A stretch of DNA of 13,230 nucleotides from a bacterium (GTDB lineage Bacteria; Zhuqueibacterota; Zhuqueibacteria; Oceanimicrobiales; Oceanimicrobiaceae). Numbering within the stretch: the first letter of the stretch is position 1; each line of letters begins with the position of its first letter. Shown here one piece after another: positions 6,193 to 13,230 of the stretch. The stretch covers positions 1-13,230 of the forward strand of contig JBHIAC010000089.1 of assembly GCA_046758365.1 (NCBI GenBank). The letters are read 5' to 3'. Both the position numbers and the translations under genes were made by a program. Below the pieces are notes generated by a model. It was not told the origin of the DNA. It was given only the letters and a program-made list of their open reading frames with translations, and searched no databases.

Positions 6193-8346
6193 TTAATCCG
6201 TTAACTCATTTGTACTCAAAACTTGCATTCGTACAGCTTCCACGTCCTCTGCCGTGACTCTGCGGCGTTTTTCTTCAATGATGCGATTAATTGCATTGAT
6301 ACAGAATCTTTGGATAATATACGGTTTGCATTGGCTGTATTCTAATATCTTTTCACTGGCCTCTTGGTCGTAACTAAAAATCCCTTTCACCGGTTTGCGA
6401 ATTAAATCTATCGCATCTTCTCTTTCTAATGGAGGGAGTTCTATCTCTTCAAAAAAATTGTACCAGGGACTGCCTTCACTTTCCCAATTTTTTCGAATGT
6501 AAGACCCAGACATGATGGCCACTAAATTCTCAGCAAAAGTTTTCATAAATACACTGCGCAGTTTCTGATTCACCTGTTCACTGTATTTGTTCAGTTCATC
6601 CACCTCATCCATGAGGAGAACCAGTTTCAATTTTTTGCCTGTTTTAGATTTTAGAATCTGCAACAACTTTTTGAGATCTTTGGAAAATTCACGACCCGAA
6701 TAACCCTCTTTTTTATTATAAATATCCAATGAAATTTCTCCGTCAACTTGGGATTTGCAAACTTCTAAAATATCTTCCATCATGGTGGCAAAAAAGCGAT
6801 CTTCAGAGGTACCCTGTAAATCGATCAAAACCGGAATGAATTGAAATTCAGAATCTTGCGAATTTTCCAAACGACGTTTTAAATGATGTTGTAAGGAGGT
6901 TTTACCAATCCGCCGTGGACCATGGATCAAAAGACTGTTATTATGTAGAGTGTTTAATATGCGCTGGAGTAATTTTTCCCGTCCAAAAAACATCTCTTCA
7001 TTTCTTACGGGTGATCCTGCAATGTAGGGATTATATTTGTTAATAATGGCGATTCGATATTTGACCATTTTTGAAATAAAAAGTCCGCTAATGCCAAGCA
7101 ATAATATGGCACCCATGGAAACCCCAAATGTGGTGGTTTGATAAATGGGTGGCTTACGAATCACCGTGAATTGTTCAATCGTTCGATGCGGAGAGGAGTC
7201 CACATCGTAAGCTGTTAAAACGATTTGATTTTCTCCCATTTGCAGCGGGATCTGGCTCAAAAAGGAAAACTTTTTCGCATCTTCATTCTCTTTTGGTTGA
7301 ATAAGTATTTTTTCACCAGAAGGTTTCAAAAGTGGTTTCCCATTTAAAGTAAGTTCAATGTAATCAATCCCCTGATCGTCACCTGCCTGTCCAGAAAGTT
7401 TAAGATTTTTTGAACGGATTTCAGTAACTGATTCAATTGGTGTGCGGATGACAAAAACCGGTGCTGTCGTTTGAGTAATAATTTTTTCAATAACTTGCGG
7501 CTTTAATTTTTCTTCTTTTTTGGGTTCTTTTACATCCAACCTTAAACGATCAATTTCCGTTTGAGTCTTTCGAATCCAGCTTGTGACTGCGCTGAAGTCG
7601 GGATCAAGGTTTTCAGCAGATCTAAACTCAGCAATAGCTTGTTCATATTGACCGAGGAGGTAATAATCTAATCCCTTTTGAAAGCGTTCTTCTGCTTGAT
7701 TTTCTAACTTTTTTGGCTTTGGTTCTATTGTGGATTTTTTCTGTTCTTTTTGAATCCAATTTTCAAAAATAGGTAATCTTTTGTCATCAGGATTAATGCG
7801 TTTTAGTTCTCCTAACGAATTAATAGCCTGATTATACTCTTCATCATAAATTAATTTTTGAAGAGAGGAAAGCTTTTTCTCAAATTCATTATCACTTTTT
7901 GTTTGTGACTTTTGCTGTTCAGAAAATTGAATCAACTGTTCGGTTATTTCCATAAATCTTTGAAGAGCCGGGATAAAGTTTGTGCCTTTAATAGCCCCCG
8001 CAGCCAGTGAGTTTTGGAAGCTTTCCAAAGCTCTTTCATAATTCCCTGAATAAAAATAGGCCTGCCCCAGGTGGTAGTAAGGCAGATAGTTTACCATTAA
8101 CAAGCCTACAGTGGTGGCTTTAAGTTCTGGATTTGGCTTAATTTGTATTGCTTTTAGAAGACTTTCTATCGCTTGCTCCCATTCACCACGTGCCAAAGCT
8201 GATGTGCCTTGATAGTAAATTTCATCCCATTCGTCGGCTAAGAGATCTGGAAAAAGAACTAGAAGGCTGAGAATCACTGCTAGTGTCCAGATCAGTCCTT
8301 TTGTTTTACAACAACCAAATGTTATTTTAGTTAAAGGATTATTCAT
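6193..8346 (-). CDS. Membrane-anchored receptor-like protein: signal peptide, TPRs, Ig-like domain, TM helix, cytoplasmic STAND/AAA-type ATPase
   Basis: Hydrophobic N-terminus LIWTLAVILSLLVLF; TPRs (YYQGTSALARGEWEQAIESLLKAI, YYHLGQAYFYSGNYERALESF, FQKGLDYYLLGQYEQAIAEF); Ig-like LSGQAGDDQGI...LQMGENQIVLTAYD; TM FGVSMGAILLLGISGLFIS followed by basic residues; NPYIAGSPV..FFGRE, Walker A GPRRIGKTS, Walker B LLMDEVDE. Confidence 0.9.
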   Translation of the reverse strand: MNNPLTKITFGCCKTKGLIWTLAVILSLLVLFPDLLADEWDEIYYQGTSALARGEWEQAIESLLKAIQIKPNPELKATTVGLLMVNYLPYYHLGQAYFYSGNYERALESFQNSLAAGAIKGTNFIPALQRFMEITEQLIQFSEQQKSQTKSDNEFEKKLSSLQKLIYDEEYNQAINSLGELKRINPDDKRLPIFENWIQKEQKKSTIEPKPKKLENQAEERFQKGLDYYLLGQYEQAIAEFRSAENLDPDFSAVTSWIRKTQTEIDRLRLDVKEPKKEEKLKPQVIEKIITQTTAPVFVIRTPIESVTEIRSKNLKLSGQAGDDQGIDYIELTLNGKPLLKPSGEKILIQPKENEDAKKFSFLSQIPLQMGENQIVLTAYDVDSSPHRTIEQFTVIRKPPIYQTTTFGVSMGAILLLGISGLFISKMVKYRIAIINKYNPYIAGSPVRNEEMFFGREKLLQRILNTLHNNSLLIHGPRRIGKTSLQHHLKRRLENSQDSEFQFIPVLIDLQGTSEDRFFATMMEDILEVCKSQVDGEISLDIYNKKEGYSGREFSKDLKKLLQILKSKTGKKLKLVLLMDEVDELNKYSEQVNQKLRSVFMKTFAENLVAIMSGSYIRKNWESEGSPWYNFFEEIELPPLEREDAIDLIRKPVKGIFSYDQEASEKILEYSQCKPYIIQRFCINAINRIIEEKRRRVTAEDVEAVRMQVLSTNELTD

Positions 8347-8414
8347 GAATAGGTTGTGGCTTCATTTTGCTAAATTTAAAAGATTAATCTATAAAGTCGA
8401 GAACAAATCGATTA

Positions 8415-9506
8415 TTACTGTTTTTTTAGTTTGTCTTTGCCTTTTAACGATCCTCCCCTTCCCGCAGTCTGTTTTGTCTGTGCTTCTATTTTGAACTCTC
8501 TCATTACATCGTTATACTCTAACGCCAGCTCTCTCTCCATTTCTCGCTTTTGAATCTTGGACTCTTCAAGGTCTTCTATAAGGCTCGCAATCTCGACAAG
8601 TTGTTTAAACAGATCTTCAAAAACGGGATCAAATGCAGCCAATTCTGAGCAATACATAAGAGTAATTTGCAATACATGACTGAACCCTGTTTCATAAACA
8701 GAATTTGGAATAAACTCTTCCAGAGTATGTCTTATCCCATAGGAGCCGGTCTTACCATTCTTTCCAAAAATAAAGACTAACGATACTTCTGGATCGAGCG
8801 TATCATACTTCCAGACTTCATATTCGGGCTTGTACTTAACTGTCTCTATGGTGCCAAAATGGCCCCACTTTTTCTTTGTTGGTTTGCCATATGTGACATA
8901 GATTAGCCCTCGGTCATCTGTACCATAAATCGTGTTATTGTTTTTCTTGAAATTCTTTCTAGCAAAGGCAATGCGCTCCCAGTGGAGAAGCAATCTTTCA
9001 TTTCCTTCCGTGGCTGGCGAAGGGTCTCTTGCAAGCCAAAATTGCTTTATCTTATTAGCTACTGTAGAAACATCACCCTTCTCCAAAGAAAGCCGCCAGT
9101 TTTCACGATCATCATCTTCTAACCAGAGTGCAATCCTGCTGTATTCTTGTTCAATGACCTCAGTATACTCCGAAATGTTATCATGAGAAAAACCCCAAAA
9201 GTACATATCACTGGCCGTACCATAATACTTTTCAGCCTTCATTTCGGTAGCCAACTCAATAAACGCAATTCCGATTCTTGGGTCAGTTAAATCTTCTCGT
9301 TCTAATGCGTTGCGCCCCTCCCACCACACTTTCAGTGCTTGCTCCCAATCACCTACCTCTCTGAGTTGCACACCATGCTCATAGTAATTGTTTTGAACAT
9401 TACTTTTCGGGAAAATTTGTATGCTTTGGGTAAAAATAAGTGTGAATAAAAAGCTGTAAAGGGAAATTGACGGAAACATAATCATATCTTCATTAGTTAA
9501 TTTCAT
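8415..9506 (-). CDS. Exported GWxTD-domain protein with N-terminal TPR-like helices
   Basis: FWLARDPSPATEGNE...ERIAFARKNF...GTDDRGLIYVTYGKP...EVWKY follows the GWxTD domain pattern; signal-like N-terminus. The true start may be a slightly later Met (MIMFPS). Confidence 0.82.
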   Translation of the reverse strand: MKLTNEDMIMFPSISLYSFLFTLIFTQSIQIFPKSNVQNNYYEHGVQLREVGDWEQALKVWWEGRNALEREDLTDPRIGIAFIELATEMKAEKYYGTASDMYFWGFSHDNISEYTEVIEQEYSRIALWLEDDDRENWRLSLEKGDVSTVANKIKQFWLARDPSPATEGNERLLLHWERIAFARKNFKKNNNTIYGTDDRGLIYVTYGKPTKKKWGHFGTIETVKYKPEYEVWKYDTLDPEVSLVFIFGKNGKTGSYGIRHTLEEFIPNSVYETGFSHVLQITLMYCSELAAFDPVFEDLFKQLVEIASLIEDLEESKIQKREMERELALEYNDVMREFKIEAQTKQTAGRGGSLKGKDKLKKQ

Positions 9507-9937
9507 TAAAAAATTTGGATTAAGAAAAATGGAAACTTAAGGCTATCCTTTAATATAGATTGTGTGGTTGATGAGTTATCCTGTTAATATTCTAATCATA
9601 AGATATTGATAGTTTCAGAAACAGACTGCTATTTCATTAACTTATTTTAAATTTAATGGATTAATTCACACTGTCAAGTGCTTTTAATTTTAGTGTTTCT
9701 AGAAATTTTTTTTCTGCATTTCCCCAATTTTCCTTCTAGAGATCCGATATGCTGTTTTTGTAAATTTCATATCACTCGTCGGCAATCAGAACTGGTGTAA
9801 AAACAAAGAATTTGTAAACTACGACTAGAGACCAAATCAGTCTATTTGATATAACCTACTTCAAATATAAAGTTATAGTATTATCCATCAAATTTTTGTT
9901 TTTTGTGCTAAAAAATTTTAATTGGCAACTAAACATA

Positions 9938-10158
9938 AAATTCGAATTTCGAAATACAAAATCTCCGACAGGAGTCGTGAGTCATCGGACCTAAACAATA
10001 TCAAAATTCTAAATCCAAATTACCAAAAACATTTTTGTTTTTTTACTACAAGACGGAGTTGGCAAATATGAATGCCTGTCTGAAGAGAACGTTTTTATAA
10101 ATTTAGAATTTTGGTCATTCGAATTTGTTTCGAGTTTCGGAATTCGTATTTTGGATTT
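9938..10158. repeat. Large imperfect inverted repeat built from ~7-nt periodic AAATYCG-like units
   Basis: Left arm 9938-10030 and right arm 10091-10158 share a perfect 13-bp IR, CAAAATTCTAAAT (10002-10014) / ATTTAGAATTTTG (10101-10113), and AAAAAC/GTTTTT inner ends. Confidence 0.65.
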
Positions 10159-10210
10159 ATCTAACACGAAATTAGCCAATACTCCTTAAATTTCTCCGAA
10201 ACGTGAAATT

Positions 10211-10223
10211 GCGGCTCCGCCGC
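10211..10223 (-). terminator. Small GC hairpin downstream of the barrel gene (weak terminator candidate)
   Basis: GCGGC-TCC-GCCGC about 40 bp after the stop at 10264; only AATTT follows on the minus strand. Confidence 0.3.
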
Positions 10224-10263
10224 GCTAAGAATTGTTTGTTTTTTATTGCTTTCATGACAAAAG

Positions 10264-11670
10264 TTAAAGTGGGACAGTAAGTAATGTAGAACCGACTATT
10301 TCAAATCCATCGGCAGATACATTGATGCTGCCATCAAATTTGAGATAGCTACTTAATAGGATTCCCAGTCCGAAAGTAAAATGAATCCTATCTTTTGCTT
10401 TTGGAAAAAGTCGCTGGAAGTCTGGATCATTCCCCGAAGTGTAAATCCGATGCCCAGGATTTGTAAATATTCCAAACCTCAAAGGGATCAAACCCAATTT
10501 TGGAATTTTATTTAGTAACTCAATCCCAAAATGATATTCAGTAGCATCATCAATGGTTAAATCATCTTTCATATCGGGATCTTCGTAGGCTCCAGTCTGG
10601 CTGTTAAATACGTCATCAACCACCACATTGAGGTTATTGCTAAACAAAAGATCGGAATATTCTATTCGGACTACATCAAAAGCAAAGCGTAGACGACTGT
10701 TGGCCACAAAGTAAAGACCAAATCCATAAGTATCGGGAACAGAAAGTTTAAAATCTGTATTCTCTGGTTCTGGCGATTCAGCAGGAAAGCTTTCAGAATC
10801 AAGCTTGTATTCAGGAAGAAAGATATGACTATTTAATTTAAAAGAGGGATTCAGATTTAATACTGCACCTGCAAAAAGTTTGTCTACAATTAATTTTCCC
10901 ATCAAACCAAGGCTAAAGCTTGGTTCTGTATTACGCTCATCCAAGGTGGTGATCGAGTAAGTGGTTGCTGCTGAGTTACCTCTGGGAGAGTTCCCATTAC
11001 TTACTTGAGGATCCAGAAAGGTCTGTTCATTTAATTTAAAATTTAATACGGATGTCTTGCCGGTAATTCCTATGCTAAACCTTTTAGATATTGCAAAAGC
11101 AATGGACAAACCGTCGTTAACCAACTCTAATTCCAGATCAACTATTCTTCCAGGGAAATTTCCTAAGCCCCCTAGAACTTGTCTTGTGGTTAAGTCAGAA
11201 TTTGTTGTGAAAAATTGTTGGGTTTCGAAATTAAATCGACTATCAAAAGCAACTTGTCGAAATATCGCAAAAGTAAATTTTCTAAAAGGAGCAAATACAC
11301 TCACCAAGGTTTGGTCAAAATTACTGGAATAAAACTTCCTTTTGGCATTAGGATTTGTTGGAGAACCTCCAGGTTCTTTAAAATTAAATCGCGCCCGTCT
11401 TTGATGAAGGGAAGCTCCAGCACTTTTTAAATAGATCAAGCCGGCAGGATTAATTGGAGCTGCGGTTTCATCCTGCGCAGCACCAATAAATGCACCTCCT
11501 AACCCAGAGGGACGTGCGCCCGGAATAATAAAGTCTACTCGCAAATAGCTCAGATTTATGGGAACGGTAGGGGGACGTTGGGCTAAAATTTGGGATGAGA
11601 ATAGCAGTAATCCTACAATTAGAAAAGTAGTTGGTAAACAAATATTATGACTCTGGGTTTCCTCCCTCAC
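10264..11670 (-). CDS. Outer-membrane beta-barrel, OmpP1/FadL/TodX- or PorV-like
   Basis: Signal peptide (FLIVGLLLFSSQILA-Q); N-terminal motif PGARPSGLGGAFIGAAQDETAAPINPAGL; alternating amphipathic strands (VPDTYGFGLYF, YHFGIEL, PLRFGIF, HFTFGLG). GTG start uncertain. Confidence 0.85.
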   Translation of the reverse strand: MREETQSHNICLPTTFLIVGLLLFSSQILAQRPPTVPINLSYLRVDFIIPGARPSGLGGAFIGAAQDETAAPINPAGLIYLKSAGASLHQRRARFNFKEPGGSPTNPNAKRKFYSSNFDQTLVSVFAPFRKFTFAIFRQVAFDSRFNFETQQFFTTNSDLTTRQVLGGLGNFPGRIVDLELELVNDGLSIAFAISKRFSIGITGKTSVLNFKLNEQTFLDPQVSNGNSPRGNSAATTYSITTLDERNTEPSFSLGLMGKLIVDKLFAGAVLNLNPSFKLNSHIFLPEYKLDSESFPAESPEPENTDFKLSVPDTYGFGLYFVANSRLRFAFDVVRIEYSDLLFSNNLNVVVDDVFNSQTGAYEDPDMKDDLTIDDATEYHFGIELLNKIPKLGLIPLRFGIFTNPGHRIYTSGNDPDFQRLFPKAKDRIHFTFGLGILLSSYLKFDGSINVSADGFEIVGSTLLTVPL

Positions 11671-11724
11671 CTCAATTCCCTCACACCATATTTATTGGAT
11701 GGTATCTCTTTTTAAATTTTATAT

Positions 11725-11753
11725 AAAGTATGATAGATTAATTAAAAAGTCAA
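11725..11753 (-). promoter_or_regulatory. Candidate sigma70 promoter for the barrel gene
   Basis: Minus strand TTGACT (11753-11748), 17-nt spacer, TACTTT (11730-11725). Confidence 0.4.
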
Positions 11754-11765
11754 GTAAAATATAGC

Positions 11766-11794
11766 TTGACAAATCACACCCAAGCTGTTAACTT
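11766..11794 (+). promoter_or_regulatory. Candidate sigma70 promoter for the sigma54 activator gene
   Basis: TTGACA (11766-11771), 17-nt spacer, extended -10 TGn-TAACTT (11789-11794). Confidence 0.55.
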
Positions 11795-11900
11795 ATAAAA
11801 ATAATCTGAAAAGGAGTTTTTAAAAGGAATTAAGTTCTCAAAAAATTATGAAGACGTATAATATATTCTATTTATAATATAATATTATAAGAAATTTATT

Positions 11901-13230
11901 ATGCAATCAAATTCTAAACAAAGTTTAGAACTTGAGACGAAAATTCAGGAACTAAATAAATCCCTTTACGAACTGCAGGCCCTGAACCAGTTAGCCATGG
12001 CCATTTCTTCGACCATGGATTTAGATGCCATCATAAACACCATCCTTCAGGAATCCATCAAACTTACTCAAGCTGATCAAGGGTCTATTTTACTCAGCAA
12101 AGAAGAAACAGAGGAAAAATTTACCACGCTCATTCGCATGGGCTCCAATAAAGATGAAGCATTGGTGCACAAAATGTGTTTAAATATTGCTGGATGGATA
12201 TTAAGAAATCAAGAATCTGTAATTGTGAATGACATTTCGCAAGACAGCCGTTTTAAAGGATTAGAACTACTGGGCTACCCCATTCAATCGTTTCTTGGTG
12301 TGCCTATAAAAACCAGGGGCAATATTTTAGGTGTTTTGATTTTACACAACAAAAAGGGAGAAAAAGAATTTAAAGAAAACGATCTGCGGTTATTGAACAT
12401 CATTGCTTCGCAATCAGCGCATATTTTGGAAAACACCAGAATTCTCCACCAACTAAAAGAAGAAAACATTTACTTAAAGAAGGAAGTAGAAAGAAAATAT
12501 CGTTTTGAAGAAATCATTGGACGAAGCCCGGCCATGGAAAAGGTATTTATACTTTTGGAAAAGGTCATTCCTACTGATGTGCGAGTTCTAATTGAAGGCG
12601 AAAGCGGAACTGGTAAAGAATTGATTGCCCGGGCCATTCATTACAACGGAGCGCGAAAAAATAAACGATTTCTGGCCATTGACTGCGCGGCGCTGCCGGA
12701 GAATCTCTTAGAAAGCGAGTTATTCGGGCACGTGAAAGGCGCTTTCACCGGAGCCACAGAAAGCAAAAAGGGACTATTTCAAGTAGCCGATGGTGGCACG
12801 CTTTTCCTTGATGAAATTAACAACACCAGTCTCAATCTGCAGGCGAAGTTACTGCGTGCGATTCAAGAAGGAGAGATTCGCCAGGTGGGCGGGACCAAAT
12901 CCATCAAAATAAATGTCCGCATCATCTGCGCCACCAGTCAAAATTTATCCCAATCGGTTAAGCATGGCACGTTTCGAGAAGAGCTCCTGTTTCGGTTGAA
13001 AGTTGTGACTTTGAAATTACCCCCCCTGCGAGAACGAAGAGAGGACATCCCTATTTTAGCCAACCATTTTTTAAAGAAATTTTCCCATACTACCAATAAG
13101 TCTCTACAAAGTATTACTAAAGAAGCGGCTGATTTTTTATATTGGTATTCTTGGCCAGGAAATGTTCGGGAGTTGGAAAATGTCATCGAACGGTGTGTGA
13201 TTTTGGCGGAACCCGAACATAAGGTTGTAG
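11901..13230 (+). CDS. GAF-domain sigma54-dependent transcriptional activator (bEBP; NifA/FhlA-like architecture), 3'-truncated by window end
   Basis: Translated by hand from ATG 11901: MQSNSKQSLELETKIQELNKSLYELQALNQLAMAISSTMDLDAII (GAF); IEGESGTGKE at 12591; ESELFGHVKGAFTGA (GAFTGA 12738-12755); GGTLFLDEI; WPGNVRELENVIER. All in one frame and open at the window edge. Confidence 0.95.
   Translation, partial: MQSNSKQSLELETKIQELNKSLYELQALNQLAMAISSTMDLDAIINTILQESIKLTQADQGSILLSKEETEEKFTTLIRMGSNKDEALVHKMCLNIAGWILRNQESVIVNDISQDSRFKGLELLGYPIQSFLGVPIKTRGNILGVLILHNKKGEKEFKENDLRLLNIIASQSAHILENTRILHQLKEENIYLKKEVERKYRFEEIIGRSPAMEKVFILLEKVIPTDVRVLIEGESGTGKELIARAIHYNGARKNKRFLAIDCAALPENLLESELFGHVKGAFTGATESKKGLFQVADGGTLFLDEINNTSLNLQAKLLRAIQEGEIRQVGGTKSIKINVRIICATSQNLSQSVKHGTFREELLFRLKVVTLKLPPLRERREDIPILANHFLKKFSHTTNKSLQSITKEAADFLYWYSWPGNVRELENVIERCVILAEPEHKVV

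Noticed and set aside
10059..10076. TTGGCAAATATGAATGCC as a sigma54 promoter
   Set aside because: Spacing is GG-N11-GC and the orientation is wrong for the nearby genes.
9938..10158. Repeat region as a CRISPR array
   Set aside because: No identical direct repeats with regular unique spacers, and no cas genes in the window.
10159..10270. ATCTAAC (RYYYAAC) as the start of another attC
   Set aside because: No complementary GTTRRRY or attC-like palindrome follows.
2602..11430. Short plus-strand ORFs 2602-2829, 4108-4296, 5634-5846, 8932-9186, 11057-11332, 11215-11430
   Set aside because: They are antisense to motif-supported genes, several with the Ser/Phe-rich composition typical of reverse-frame translations.
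11848..11877. Short uORF MKTYNIFYL upstream of the bEBP
   Set aside because: Nine codons in very AT-rich DNA, with no well-spaced SD or attenuator structure; expected by chance.
12284..13186. Minus-strand ORFs 12284-12469 and 12938-13186
   Set aside because: They are antisense shadows of the sigma54 activator gene on the plus strand.

Overview
AT-rich bacterial window, probably from a diderm FCB/KSB1-like organism (inferred from gene content only). Left end: the last 53 nt of a class C group II intron (DV end plus DVI). Its 3' exon, TAGGT, is the exact complement of ACCTA within an ACCTAAC core site at 2318-2324. These two sites bracket a vWA lipoprotein gene. This is best read as an integron cassette with an inverted ORF, an intron-invaded attC and an attI-like site with no integrase beside it. 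Next come an HD-domain gene, a stand-alone DIPPS-like CDP-alcohol phosphotransferase, and a 110-bp MITE with 9-bp target duplication and an internal REP-like doublet. The centre is a minus-strand cluster: FadL/PorV-like barrel, GWxTD protein, TPR-Ig-TM-STAND ATPase and STAND ATPase-wHTH-Ser/Thr kinase. The last two look like a receptor kinase split into two proteins and coupled by paired STAND ATPases. The right end is a divergent GAF + sigma54 enhancer-binding protein that runs off the window and is missing from the ORF track. All family calls come from motif recognition by eye, not database searches.
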